Origin: Trueperaceae bacterium
Lineage (GTDB): Bacteria > Deinococcota > Deinococci > Deinococcales > Trueperaceae
DNA: 64,000 nt
Assembly: GCA_965213925.1 (NCBI GenBank)
Contig: OZ243927.1
Location: 2,752,001-2,816,000, forward strand
Direction of reading: 5' to 3'
Under the pieces are notes generated by a model. That model was given only the letters and a program-made list of their open reading frames with translations. It made no database searches and had not been told where the DNA came from. The first letter of the stretch is position 1; the number at the start of each line of letters is the position of its first letter. Shown piece by piece: positions 40,666-50,490 of the stretch. Position numbers and translations under genes: made by a program.

Positions 40666-41595
40666 TTACGAATAGGCACGAATCGACGCTAAAAGCACCT
40701 CTAACGCCCTCTCCCGGTCGATGTCGTAAGCCACTTGGACGTTGCGAGTCGCCTCCTCTTTCACGCCGCGCTCGTCCACGACGGTCATGCCCCGCGTGTG
40801 CTGCCCCTGCGTCTCGACGCTGACGTGACGGGCTTCGAAGGTAAACAGCTCGGGATGGGTGAGCGCGAGCACCGCGCAGGGGTCGTGGAGCGGTCCCTCA
40901 GTGCGCCCGTAAAACTTCTCGGCGTAGGCGCGGCAGTAGAAATCCAGCATGTCCGCTGTAAAGGTCGCCGCCGCGTTTCCTAAAGCGCGAATCTCAGCGA
41001 TGTCTTCCTCGAGGATCATCCACCTATGCGTCACGTTGAGGCCCGACATGATGATCTTTGTACCACTGCCGAAGACCACTGCCGCCGCCTCCGGGTCTGC
41101 CCAGATATTGAATTCAGCCACGGGCGTGACGTTGCCGAAGCTCGCCGAGCCGCCCATGAGCGAAACACCCGCCAAGCGCTCCGCCAGGTCGGGCGCGCTG
41201 CGCAGCGCGAGCGCCACATTGGTCAGCGGACCCGTCGCGACGAGCCAGAGGTTTTCATGCGCCCGCGCGGTGTCGATGATGAAACGCACCGCGTCGCGGC
41301 TCTTGGCTTCGCGCTTTAAGTCTGGCAGGTCAGGACCACCTAAGCCCGTCTCGCCGTGGATAAACTCGGCGTGTTTGGGCTCCGCGACGAGCGGTCTCTT
41401 CGCGCCCGCATGAACGGGAACGTCTAACTCCAAAATCTGCGCGGTGATGAGCGCGTTTTGGGTGGTCAGCTCGAGCGGCACGTTGCCGCTGACCGCCGTG
41501 ACGCCTAAGACCTCGCAGTGCTGCGCGGCGACGAGCAGCGCGATGGCGTCGTCGTGACCGGGATCGCAATCTAAGATAATACGGGGTTTCGCCAT
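40666..41595 (-). CDS. Inosine/uridine-preferring nucleoside hydrolase
   Basis: DCDPGHDD, TGPLTN, GNVTPVAEFNIWADP, LHDP; start moved to MAKPRI. Confidence 0.93.
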   Translation of the reverse strand: MAKPRIILDCDPGHDDAIALLVAAQHCEVLGVTAVSGNVPLELTTQNALITAQILELDVPVHAGAKRPLVAEPKHAEFIHGETGLGGPDLPDLKREAKSRDAVRFIIDTARAHENLWLVATGPLTNVALALRSAPDLAERLAGVSLMGGSASFGNVTPVAEFNIWADPEAAAVVFGSGTKIIMSGLNVTHRWMILEEDIAEIRALGNAAATFTADMLDFYCRAYAEKFYGRTEGPLHDPCAVLALTHPELFTFEARHVSVETQGQHTRGMTVVDERGVKEEATRNVQVAYDIDRERALEVLLASIRAYS

Positions 41596-42023
41596 ACGTA
41601 CCTTTATACCTTGGACACGCTCAGCACGTCCGGTTTCTCGAACCTCCAGCACTCGAGTGAGGTTGCCGGTGAATAATAAGGATCATCCGGGGCACATAGT
41701 TTATCACTGTGCGAATCGCCCCTACGCCGCGCACTCCCTCGCTGAAAAAGATGATTGTGTGTTGAAGAGGTCGAGCACTATATTCTGATCGCGAAGTATA
41801 AAAATACTGCTGACACTCCCACTTGTACCCCTCACTTCGGTAAGCCCCACCCTAGTCAAGACCTACTTAACCGTACATAATGTTCCCTAACGAAGCGGGG
41901 GCGCTTTCATAGCTGAGCATCTTTTTTCACATTCAATGAGGCGAGGGGAAGAACTTCACACGCCGCCGCTGCTCTCTAGCGTTAAGGTGTGGAAAGTTTA
42001 TTCAGAAGAATGTTAGGGGAGCT

Positions 42024-42221
42024 ATGAAGGACACGCATAAAATCCTAGAGCAGTTGCAGATGGGCATCGTCTATGAGGCTGAGATCGGTAACGACCTAGA
42101 GGTGAGTGCTATCTGTCAACAGCTCGCCGACTTCAGCGACCAGGAACCGCACTTAGCGTCGCAGATCAGCGGTATTTTAACGTCGGTCAACGCTGACCGC
42201 AGCGGTGACCCTATTTGTTAG
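42024..42221 (+). CDS. Small acidic hypothetical protein
   Basis: GGGGAG RBS; followed by a hairpin at about 42251-42278. Confidence 0.5.
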   Translation: MKDTHKILEQLQMGIVYEAEIGNDLEVSAICQQLADFSDQEPHLASQISGILTSVNADRSGDPIC

Positions 42222-42560
42222 TTGAGACTCGACCACAAAGAAGTTGACAAAGCCCTTTTCGCACGCGAAGAGGGCTTAAACTATTGGCAAAGCGTGGGAA
42301 GATGATGCGTGGCGCGATTCGAGATGGTATATGGTGTCACCTTAACGGTGCTCTAGGGAACAGGTCGTTACGAGGTTTTTATGAGGGCGCTGTAGCAACT
42401 CGGACGGCGCAAGTACCTGCCCCTCCCCACACCGTCCTTGCTCAGTTGCGGCGAGGCTTTCCCTTTTGCGGAGTCAGTCCAGAAAAAAGGGATATCGTTT
42501 CCGGGTTAGTTGGGTCTACTGGGGAACGATCGTGCCCTAATGCCCGCCCGGACCCCTTGC

Positions 42561-42574
42561 CTAACGAGCGTTCG
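42561..42574. promoter_or_regulatory. PaaR operator
   Basis: CTAACGAGCGTTCG fits the Thermus PaaR consensus as recalled (CNAACGNNCGTTNG); lies just upstream of the -10 box TACACT (42580-42585). Confidence 0.75.
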
Positions 42575-42592
42575 TTTGGTACACTAAGGGTG

Positions 42593-43162
42593 ATGGATAG
42601 GCGGAGCGAAATCCTCACCACGGCGGGCAACTTGTTCCGCGAGCGCGGCTACCACGCCACCTCGATGCGTGACATCGCGGGCGCGCTGGAGCTGCGCGGC
42701 AGCAGCCTGTACGCCCACATCAGCTCGAAAGAGGAGTTGCTCCAAGAGGTCGTGAACCGCGCGGCGGATGCATTTTTAGAAACGGCGAACGGTGTGGACA
42801 ATTCGCTCGCGCCCGACGAGAGGTTGAGAGCGCTTATCCGCGGACATCTGCAGGTTATCGTGCAGGAGTTGCCGCGCGCCACCGTCTTCTTTCACGAGTG
42901 GAAGTTCTTATCCGACGAATACAAAGCGCAGATCACCGGGCGACGCGACGCCTACGAGTGTCACTTTCGCAAAGCGGTCGAAGAAGGCGTCCGCGAGGGC
43001 ATGTTCTGCGTCGAAGACCCCAAGCTCGCCACGCTCTTCGTGCTTTCGTCCTTAAACTGGACCTATCAGTGGTTCCGCGAGGGCGGCGCGCTCAGCTTAG
43101 ACGAACTCACCGAGAAGTATACGGCGCTCATTTTTGACGCGCTCAACGCAGAAAAGTCCTGA
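42593..43162 (+). CDS. paaR: TetR-family repressor of phenylacetate catabolism
   Basis: GYHATSMRDIA..L.L...SLYAHI.SKEELL; first gene of the paa operon; start moved to ATG 42593. Confidence 0.85.
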   Translation: MDRRSEILTTAGNLFRERGYHATSMRDIAGALELRGSSLYAHISSKEELLQEVVNRAADAFLETANGVDNSLAPDERLRALIRGHLQVIVQELPRATVFFHEWKFLSDEYKAQITGRRDAYECHFRKAVEEGVREGMFCVEDPKLATLFVLSSLNWTYQWFREGGALSLDELTEKYTALIFDALNAEKS

Positions 43163-43177
43163 CAGAGGAGGACGCAC

Positions 43178-44161
43178 ATGTCACCTGTAACAACGCAAGT
43201 CCCCGTACAGAACCGAGTTGACTTCTCGCCCGAGCAGATCGAAGCGGCGAAGTCAGGGGCGTTCGAAGCCCGCATCGCCAAGGGCGAAAAAATTGAACCC
43301 GGCGACTGGATGCCCGAGGCGTACCGCAAGCAGCTCATCCGCATGATCAGCCAGCACGCCCACAGCGAAATCGTCGGAATGCTGCCCGAGGGCGAGTGGA
43401 TCACCAAAGCGCCATCCTTGCAGCGCAAGATGATTCTTTTAGCCAAGGTACAAGACGAAGCGGGGCACGGGCAGTACCTCTACCACGCCGCTGAGACTCT
43501 GGGCGCGACCCGTGAAGAGATGGTGGACGCACTCCTCTGCGGCAAAGCCAAGTACTCCTCGATTTTTAACTATCCCTCCTTAACCTGGGCAGATGTCGGC
43601 ATGATCGGCTGGCTCGTGGACGGCGCGGCGATTAAAAACCAGACGATGCTAGCGCGGTGCTCGTACGGACCTTACTCCCGCGCGATGGTGCGCATCTGCA
43701 CCGAGGAGACCTTTCACCACAAGCAGGGCAAAGAGATGGTCATCAAGTACGCGCAAGGCACGCCCAAGCAGCGTGAGATGGCGCAGGACGCGCTGAACCG
43801 CTGGTGGTGGCCCTCCATGATGATGTTAGGACCGCACGACTCCGACTCGCCGAACACGCCGCAACTTAAAAAGTGGGGCGTGAAGACGAAGACGAACGAC
43901 GAGGTGCGCCAGGAGTTCTTAAATGAGCACGCACCGGAGCTTTTAGAAGCCGGTCTCACCATCCCCGACCCCGACCTCCGTTTTGATGAGGAGACGGGCA
44001 ACTGGCAGCACGGACCCATCGACTGGGACGAGTTCTGGCGCGTCGTCAAAGGTGGCGGTGAGTGCAACGAGCAGCGCTTAGGCGCACGCCAGAAAGCGCA
44101 TGACGAGGGCGCGTGGGTGCGCGAGGCGATGGAAGCGTATGCGGAGAAGCACATCAGCTAG
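43178..44161 (+). CDS. paaA: 1,2-phenylacetyl-CoA epoxidase subunit A
   Basis: [42 protein letters not shown]. Confidence 0.96.
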   Translation: MSPVTTQVPVQNRVDFSPEQIEAAKSGAFEARIAKGEKIEPGDWMPEAYRKQLIRMISQHAHSEIVGMLPEGEWITKAPSLQRKMILLAKVQDEAGHGQYLYHAAETLGATREEMVDALLCGKAKYSSIFNYPSLTWADVGMIGWLVDGAAIKNQTMLARCSYGPYSRAMVRICTEETFHHKQGKEMVIKYAQGTPKQREMAQDALNRWWWPSMMMLGPHDSDSPNTPQLKKWGVKTKTNDEVRQEFLNEHAPELLEAGLTIPDPDLRFDEETGNWQHGPIDWDEFWRVVKGGGECNEQRLGARQKAHDEGAWVREAMEAYAEKHIS

Positions 44162-44228
44162 TCAGGTTCTCAGCACTTCAGGTTTTTAGGTTTTCCTGAC
44201 TCGCTGATGTGCTGACTCACTGACGCGC
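44154..44228. repeat. Octamer-periodic palindromic intergenic repeat, family A, copy 1
   Basis: TCAGCnnn units mirrored by nCTGAnnn units; closely matches the reverse complement of 61779-61860. Confidence 0.8.
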
Positions 44229-44249
44229 TTTTAAGTGAAACGTGTACCC

Positions 44250-44816
44250 ATGAATTCAAGTCAGCCCAAAGCAAACGACACGCAGTGGCCCCGCTGGGAA
44301 GTCTTCAAGCAAGACACGCCCAAAAAGCCGCATCAAGCCGTGGGTACGGTGCACGCCACCGACCCCGAGCACGCGCTCCTCACGGCGCGGAACGTCTTCG
44401 CGCGGCGTCCGCGGGCGGTCAGCATGTGGGTCGTCCCGGCGGAGGATATCTTTTCGGTAACGGCGGAGGAACTCGAGGTAAGTCCCGACATCCTCTCCTC
44501 GGGAGAGAGCGGTCCGTCACAAAGCTATCTCATCTGCCGCAAGACGAGCCACCGCCCCTCGCTGACCTTCGTGGATTATGTGGGTGACGTAGAGGCTGAA
44601 ACGCCTCGAGCCGCGCTTGAGAAGGCGATCGAGACGTTTACCGACGAAAACGCGCTGGTCTGGTGGGCTTTTCCCGAAGTGTCGGTGGTGAGAAGCCGCG
44701 ACGAGGACGCCGCAAGCTGGTTCGAGCCCGCGAAGGACAAGACGTATAAGCAGCAGTCCGAGTACGGGATGACGAGCGCGAAGAAGCGCAAGAAGGAGCG
44801 GGGAAAGACGTCATGA
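44250..44816 (+). CDS. paaB: Phenylacetyl-CoA epoxidase subunit B (long, apparently two-domain form)
   Basis: WPRWEVF...H..VG.VHA.DPE.AL..AR..F.RR...SMWVVP; second similar unit ending FEPAKDKTY. Confidence 0.85.
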   Translation: MNSSQPKANDTQWPRWEVFKQDTPKKPHQAVGTVHATDPEHALLTARNVFARRPRAVSMWVVPAEDIFSVTAEELEVSPDILSSGESGPSQSYLICRKTSHRPSLTFVDYVGDVEAETPRAALEKAIETFTDENALVWWAFPEVSVVRSRDEDAASWFEPAKDKTYKQQSEYGMTSAKKRKKERGKTS

Positions 44817-45577
44817 ACGTGTTTGAAAAGCAAGAGGTTAAAACCGTACTCATCCGCAAACTCACCGCGCTCGCCGACGACGAACTCATCCTCGCGCATA
44901 GGGGCAGCGAGTGGACGGGGCACGCGCCCATCTTAGAGGAGGACATCGCGCTGGCGAACCTCGCGCAGGACGAGCTGGGGCACGCGACGCTCTGGTATGG
45001 GCTCCTAGAACCGCTTGACGGCAGTGACGCGGACACACTCGTCTATACAAGAGGTCTGGACGAGTGGCGCAACGTCCAATTCGTCGAGCTTCCTAAAGGC
45101 GACTGGGCCTTCACGATGCTGCGGCAATACCTCTTCGACATGTACGAGCAGCTTTATTTGAAGAGGTTGACCGGAAGTTCGTACAGACCTCTTGTCGAAG
45201 TTGCCCAGAAGATGCTCCGCGAAGAGCGCTTCCACGTGCAGCACACGCACGCTTGGGTGAAGCGGTTGGGGCTCGGGACGGAGGAGTCGAACGCGCGGAT
45301 GCAGCGGGCGCTAGACGAGCTTTGGGGTTATGCGCAGGGGCTTTTTGTACCGGTCCCTGATGAAGAGGTGTTGATCGAAGTGGGTATCTTTCCGAGTCTG
45401 CAAGAGGTCAAAGAGGTTTGGTTGGAGCACGTGACGCAACATCTGGAAGCGACAAACCTCTCTCTTCCCAGTGAGGGAACGCCGCCGCCATCTCGAGAGT
45501 CCCACACCCAACACCTATCTCAACTTTTGGACGACTTACAAGAGGTCGCGCGGCTCGAGCCGGAAGGGACCTGGTGA
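44813..45577 (+). CDS. paaC: Phenylacetyl-CoA epoxidase subunit C
   Basis: [46 protein letters not shown]. Confidence 0.95.
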   Translation: MNVFEKQEVKTVLIRKLTALADDELILAHRGSEWTGHAPILEEDIALANLAQDELGHATLWYGLLEPLDGSDADTLVYTRGLDEWRNVQFVELPKGDWAFTMLRQYLFDMYEQLYLKRLTGSSYRPLVEVAQKMLREERFHVQHTHAWVKRLGLGTEESNARMQRALDELWGYAQGLFVPVPDEEVLIEVGIFPSLQEVKEVWLEHVTQHLEATNLSLPSEGTPPPSRESHTQHLSQLLDDLQEVARLEPEGTW

Positions 45578-45580
45578 CGG

Positions 45581-46087
45581 ATGTCGAGTAAGACGCTGAC
45601 CCTACCCTCAGAAAGGGAGATTTGGAACGCCTTAGAAGAGGTCAAAGACCCGGAAATCCCCGTCGTCTCCGTTGTAGAGATGGGCATCGTGCGCAGCGTC
45701 GAACTAGAGGGCGAAAGCGTGAAGGTCGCGATGACGCCGACCTTTTCCGGCTGCCCCGCGCTGCGCGTGATGCATGACGACATCGAGGCGAAGGTGCGCG
45801 AGCTTGGCTTCGAAGAGGTCGAGGTGAAGACCGTCCTCTCGCCCCCTTGGAGTACGGATTGGATAGGTCAAGAGGCGAAGGCGAAACTGCACGCATTCGG
45901 TATCGCGCCGCCCGCGCCCGCGAGTGAGGATGACGGGCTCATTCAGCTCGAGGCTTCCCCCGTTTCCTGCCCGCGCTGCGGCTCGTTCGACACCTCGACC
46001 AAGAACACCTTCGGTCCGACGCTCTGCAAGTCGATTCACGTCTGCAACGCTTGCAAAGAGCCCTTCGAGGCGTTTAAGTCGATTTGA
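45581..46087 (+). CDS. paaD: Phenylacetyl-CoA epoxidase subunit D (PaaD/PaaJ)
   Basis: DPEIPVVS, TPTFSGCPA, CPRCGS...FGPTLCK....C..C.EPF. Confidence 0.95.
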   Translation: MSSKTLTLPSEREIWNALEEVKDPEIPVVSVVEMGIVRSVELEGESVKVAMTPTFSGCPALRVMHDDIEAKVRELGFEEVEVKTVLSPPWSTDWIGQEAKAKLHAFGIAPPAPASEDDGLIQLEASPVSCPRCGSFDTSTKNTFGPTLCKSIHVCNACKEPFEAFKSI

Positions 46088-46161
46088 CAGCCGACCTCTT
46101 GGGCGTGACGCCGACCCGGTAAGGATTCTCGAGCCCGAAAGACCTGGTATCATAGCGGGTC

Positions 46162-47346
46162 ATGAAACCTCTCGAAAACCTGCGCGTTTTGGACCTCTCG
46201 CGCGTCCTGAGCGGTCCCTACTGCACGATGGTCTTGGCGGACCTAGGCGCGGACGTCATCAAGGTCGAGCGTCCCGGTCGTGGCGACGACACGCGGGGCT
46301 GGGTGCCGCCCTCCATCGGCGACGAGTCGGCGTACTTCTTGTCCGTCAACCGCAACAAGCGCAGCCTCACCTTGGACCTGAGCACCGACGAGGGTAGAGA
46401 GGTCTTGTACCGTTTGGCGAAATGGGCGGACGTGGTGGTCGAGAACTTCCGCCCCGGCACCGCCGACAAGTTGGGCGTCGGCTACAAAACTCTGAAGGGT
46501 CTCAACCCGCGCCTCATCTACTGCGCGATTTCGGGCTTCGGACAGACCGGACCCTACCGCGATAAACCGGGTTACGACATCATCGCGCTGGCGATGGGCG
46601 GCCTCATGAGCGTCACGGGCTACCCCGAACTGCCCCCGGTGCGCGTCGGCGTCGCGGTCGCCGACCTCGGCGCGGCGATGTGGAGCGTGATCGGGATTTT
46701 AGCGGCGCTGAGGGCGAGGGAGGAGACGCTCGAGGGTCAGTACATCGACACGTCGCTCTTCGACGGACAGCTCTCGTGGCTGACCTATCTAGCGAGCAAC
46801 TACTTCGCGACAGGCGAAAACCCCGAGCGCTACGGCTCGGCGCACCCTTCGATCGTGCCCTATCAAGCGTTCGAAACGCAAGACAGCAGCGTGGTCGTCG
46901 CCGCGGGCAACGACAGCTTGTGGGAGAAGCTCACCGGAGCCCTCGACCTCACCGAGCTAGGCGACAATCCCGACTACCGCACGAACGAAGGGCGCGTGGC
47001 GCACAGAGGCGCGCTCGTCGAGGCGCTGAGCGAGGCGTTCAAAACGCGAACGACGGATGCGTGGTTGGCGCGTCTGGACGAGGCGGGCGTGCCCGCGTCG
47101 CCGGTTCAGAGCATCGAAGCGGTCGTGAACGACCCTCACGCCGCCGCGAGGGACATGTTCGTCACACTCCAGCACCCGACTGTGGGCGAGCTGACCCTAG
47201 CCGGGATTCCCGTGAAGCTCTCCGAGACGCCGGGCGCAGTCGAAACGCCGCCGCCGACGCTCGGGCAGCATAGCGAAGAGGTGCTGCGTGAGCTTGGTTA
47301 CGCGAGTGAGGAGATTGCCGAGCTGAAGGAAAAGAATGTGGTGTGA
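46162..47346 (+). CDS. Family III CoA transferase (CaiB/BaiF)
   Basis: VLDLSRVLSGP, LADLGADVIKVE, NRNKRS, ENFRPG, SGFGQTGP, PGYD. Confidence 0.93.
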   Translation: MKPLENLRVLDLSRVLSGPYCTMVLADLGADVIKVERPGRGDDTRGWVPPSIGDESAYFLSVNRNKRSLTLDLSTDEGREVLYRLAKWADVVVENFRPGTADKLGVGYKTLKGLNPRLIYCAISGFGQTGPYRDKPGYDIIALAMGGLMSVTGYPELPPVRVGVAVADLGAAMWSVIGILAALRAREETLEGQYIDTSLFDGQLSWLTYLASNYFATGENPERYGSAHPSIVPYQAFETQDSSVVVAAGNDSLWEKLTGALDLTELGDNPDYRTNEGRVAHRGALVEALSEAFKTRTTDAWLARLDEAGVPASPVQSIEAVVNDPHAAARDMFVTLQHPTVGELTLAGIPVKLSETPGAVETPPPTLGQHSEEVLRELGYASEEIAELKEKNVV

Positions 47347-47502
47347 GGGCTGTAGAGACGACGCAACCCGCCAGCTAAAAGAACATGGCGTCGTTTGCTC
47401 GAAATGCTCTACCGTGCGAGACCTCTTCAGCGTGGTGGGGCAGCGGAACGCTTCGGAAAGGTTGTACGGCTCGAGACTATCCGTCTATAGAGCAGTAGAC
47501 GC

Positions 47503-48081
47503 ATGACCGATACCGTTCAAGAAGTCGCGCGCGTCGTCGAACGCGTCTGCGCCGCGCCCACCAACGTCTTCGGCTACGGTATTTGGACGCATCACATTCA
47601 AGAGGTCGTGCGCTTAGGCAAGGACCTCTCGGCGGAGTTCGGCGCGGACGAAGAGGTCGTCACACTCGCCGCACTTCTGCACGACTATGCGAGCGTCAAG
47701 GATGAAGCGCTTTACGCGGAACATCATATTCATGGACCGCTCGAGGCTCAAGACCTCTTGACCTCTTTAGGTTATCCGGCCGAGAAGATAGACGCCGTAA
47801 AGCGCTGCATCGCTGAGCACCGGGGCAGCGTTCAAGGTAAAAGAACCACGCCCGAAGCGCGGTGTTTAGCCTCAGCGGACGCTCTAGCGCACCTTCAAAA
47901 CGTACCGTCGCTGCTCTATTTCGCGTATGTTCATGAAAGGTTGGGAATTGCCGATGGCGCAACCTGGGTCAGGGAAAAGCTGATAAGGAGTTGGGGAAAG
48001 TTGGAGCCCTGGTTACAAGAGAGGTCGAAAGAGAAGTATGAAGCGGCGCTGCTCGCTCTCACGAAGGCTCGAGAACCTTAG
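47503..48081 (+). CDS. HD domain protein
   Basis: HH...V, AALLHD, EHH, EHR, SADA. Confidence 0.85.
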   Translation: MTDTVQEVARVVERVCAAPTNVFGYGIWTHHIQEVVRLGKDLSAEFGADEEVVTLAALLHDYASVKDEALYAEHHIHGPLEAQDLLTSLGYPAEKIDAVKRCIAEHRGSVQGKRTTPEARCLASADALAHLQNVPSLLYFAYVHERLGIADGATWVREKLIRSWGKLEPWLQERSKEKYEAALLALTKAREP

Positions 48082-49100
48082 ACCGAAACAGCGTCCTCTT
48101 GAAGAGGTCGCGCATCTAAAACGCTTTCAGGAACCTCTTCTAACGCACCCAACAAAACCTCAACGCTCGCACCCTTTTTATGCGCGTTCTCGCTGATAAA
48201 ACGCCGCCACGCCCGCGCGCCGGGCTGATGCGCGAAAAGCCCCAGCATATGCCGCGTGATGCGGTTCAAGTAGACGCCTTTATCTAGCTGCGCCTCTACG
48301 TAAGGCAGCATCCCCTCCACGACCTCACGGCGCGTCGGCGGCTCCACCTCTTCACCAAATACGTCACGGTCAACCGTCGCAAAGAGGTAGGGCGTTTCGT
48401 AAGCAGCGCGTCCGACCATCACAGCGTCTACCTTAGTGAGTTGCGATTGGATGGACCCTAACGTCTTGAACCCCCCATTGATCTCGATCAAGAGGTGCGG
48501 ATACTCCCGCTTCAAGCGGTGGACCTCTTCGTAGCGCAAGGGTGGCACGGTGCGGTTCTCTTTCGGGCTGAGCCCTTGTAACCAGGCTTTGCGGGCGTGG
48601 ACGGTAAAGCGGGCTGGCTTAGCTTCTGACACAACCCGCACGAAGTTCGCCATGTCTTCATAGCGGTCGAGTTCGTCTACACCGATGCGGTGTTTAACCG
48701 TCACAGGTAAAGAGGTCGCGCCGCGCATCGCCGCCACGCACTCGGCGACGAGTTCGGGCTGCGCCATGAGACACGCGCCGAAGTTGCCGCTCTGCACGCG
48801 CTCCGAAGGGCAACCGACATTGAGGTTGACCTCAGAATAGCCCCAGTCCTCAGCGATGCGGGCGCATTCGGCTAAAGCAACAGGGTCGTCGCCGCCGAGT
48901 TGCAGGGCGAGCGGTAACTCTTCAGGTGAAAAATCTAAGTGCCGCGCTTTGTCACCATAAAGAATCGCGCCCGTCGTGACCATTTCGGTGTAGAGAAGCG
49001 TCCGCTTCGTAAGCTGCCGCATGAAGTAGCGGTAGTGGCGATCGGTCCAGTCCATCATGGGGGCGACGCTTAGAAAGTAGGGGCTGGTGGGGTGGTGCAT
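48078..49100 (-). CDS. dusA: tRNA dihydrouridine(20/20a) synthase
   Basis: SVAPMMDWTDRH.RYF, LQLGG, NLNVGCPS, HARKAWLQGLSPKENR.VPPL.Y. Confidence 0.96.
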   Translation of the reverse strand: MHHPTSPYFLSVAPMMDWTDRHYRYFMRQLTKRTLLYTEMVTTGAILYGDKARHLDFSPEELPLALQLGGDDPVALAECARIAEDWGYSEVNLNVGCPSERVQSGNFGACLMAQPELVAECVAAMRGATSLPVTVKHRIGVDELDRYEDMANFVRVVSEAKPARFTVHARKAWLQGLSPKENRTVPPLRYEEVHRLKREYPHLLIEINGGFKTLGSIQSQLTKVDAVMVGRAAYETPYLFATVDRDVFGEEVEPPTRREVVEGMLPYVEAQLDKGVYLNRITRHMLGLFAHQPGARAWRRFISENAHKKGASVEVLLGALEEVPESVLDARPLQEDAVSV

Positions 49101-49165
49101 GTCTAAAGTTTAACCGTGAGAGATGCGTTTAGGCGTAAGGGATTGACAAAGCAGCAAGATGAGGT

Positions 49166-49283
49166 AGCAACGAGTTAAAAGCAACCCAGTCGAGCTGGTT
49201 ACGCAGTCTCCCGAAGGGAACGAACGGTGAGCAACGAGTGAAACCCTATAGACTCATTGCTCGTTGCTTTCTACTCATTGCTG
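49166..49283. repeat. Heptamer (GCAAYGA) palindromic intergenic repeat, family B, copy 1
   Basis: GAGCAACGAGTGAAA...ACTCATTGCTCGTTGC...ACTCATTGCTG; matches 56477-56544. Confidence 0.75.
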
Positions 49284-49571
49284 TTCTTTCCGCCACGCCA
49301 TCATCCCCCCCGCCACGTTATAGACCTCTTCAAACCCTGCTGCCTCGAGGTATAGCCCCGCCAACTCCGACACCTGACCTCTTTCACAAATGAGGTAGAT
49401 GGGCGCGTCTTTGGGCACATCAGGCAAGTCGCCCGCTTGAACCTCTTCTAAGCTCAAAACTTCAGTCCCCGGCAGCCCGTCGCGCTGATGCTGCGCATAA
49501 GTGCGCACATCAAAGGCTAGCGCACCTCTTTCAAGTTCGTCTAAAAACCGTTCGATGTCAACGGAGCGCAC
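49275..49571 (-). CDS. Rhodanese-like domain protein
   Basis: DVRT, YLICERGQVS, NVAGGMMAW. Confidence 0.88.
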   Translation of the reverse strand: MRSVDIERFLDELERGALAFDVRTYAQHQRDGLPGTEVLSLEEVQAGDLPDVPKDAPIYLICERGQVSELAGLYLEAAGFEEVYNVAGGMMAWRKEQQ

Positions 49572-49580
49572 CGCTAAGCG

Positions 49581-49853
49581 TCACTCACTATCTTCTTTCT
49601 CGAGCGGTATCAAAGGCCATAAAATGAGGTAGCCGAGCAGCGTGATAAAGCCACTTAGCGGTAAGCTGAGCGCGAAAAGTATTCTTACCGTGCGCGGGTT
49701 CGCGTCTACGTATTCGGCAATGCCGCCCATGATACCCGCGACGATGTTGTCTTCTCGAGAGCGCGTCAAGCGCCCTGGCTTATTGGGTCTTCTGGCGCGG
49801 CGTTGGTCATGTAAAAGGGTATCTCGCCTTGTTTCTGTATTGGGTTCATCCAT
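49581..49853 (-). CDS. PspC domain protein
   Basis: LTRSREDNIVAGIMGGIAEY...VRILF...YLILW.LIP. Confidence 0.88.
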   Translation of the reverse strand: MDEPNTETRRDTLLHDQRRARRPNKPGRLTRSREDNIVAGIMGGIAEYVDANPRTVRILFALSLPLSGFITLLGYLILWPLIPLEKEDSE

Positions 49854-49855
49854 CT

Positions 49856-50203
49856 CTACGTTATACCGTCTTTTAGCGGGATTTCAGGTTGCCGCAAGGG
49901 GTCGCGTAAGGCAGTGTGAACCCGCGCCTCCAACTCGCGCACATCCACACCAGCATACTCATCCGGGACAAGCGCTAGGTGCGCGAGCGCTTTGGCGTAG
50001 TTGCGCCGCCCGCCTCTCGGGCTCTTCATCTCCCTAGCTTTGTGCAGCGCCGCCGCCAGAAGTATGACGCCGCCGTAAAACTCGCGGTCTATCCCCTCGG
50101 CGCTCAACCAGACGGGCTCCAAAGCTTCGTGGCACTCCCAGTATTCACCCGCTTCAAAGAGGTCAACACCTCTTGTCCAGGCGGTGGGTGGTGGCTCATT
50201 CAC
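49856..50203 (-). CDS. DUF309 domain protein
   Basis: GVDLF..GEYWECHEALE..W. Confidence 0.85.
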   Translation of the reverse strand: MNEPPPTAWTRGVDLFEAGEYWECHEALEPVWLSAEGIDREFYGGVILLAAALHKAREMKSPRGGRRNYAKALAHLALVPDEYAGVDVRELEARVHTALRDPLRQPEIPLKDGIT

Positions 50204-50293
50204 CTCTTCAGTATATGAGGTCTGAGAGTAAAAACAGGTCTACAAGCTGCTCGAGACGCACGCCTGCAGCACCAAACGATGAAGATAGAATGC

Positions 50294-50322
50294 TTGACAA
50301 CGTTGTACCGTGCCGATACACT
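50294..50322 (+). promoter_or_regulatory. Sigma70 promoter with overlapping LacI-type palindrome
   Basis: TTGACA-17 nt-TACACT; ACAACGTTGT palindrome at 50297-50306. Confidence 0.7.
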
Positions 50323-50490
50323 TTTCTATACAACCCACTTGGACTTATCAGCTAGGGCGACTCTTGACAGGTCGCAACACGTCTATGGCTGCTAGCAGTA
50401 CTGCTACGGGTGTGGCTTGCGAAACCGTCTCAGCGGATAAGCCAGCGGGTCGAACAAATGGTTGGGATAAAAACGAAAAGGAGTGATTTA

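Noticed and set aside
42390..42500. Hairpins upstream of paaR as an ncRNA
   Set aside because: Imperfect stems only, with no recognisable family or clear promoter-terminator pair.
42284..42592. N-terminal 103-aa extension of PaaR in the ORF track
   Set aside because: It overlaps the operator and promoter; TetR homology starts at MDRRSE. Similar over-extensions were rejected for lepA, phrB, the nucleoside hydrolase, the SBP at 50410 and the permease at 63785.
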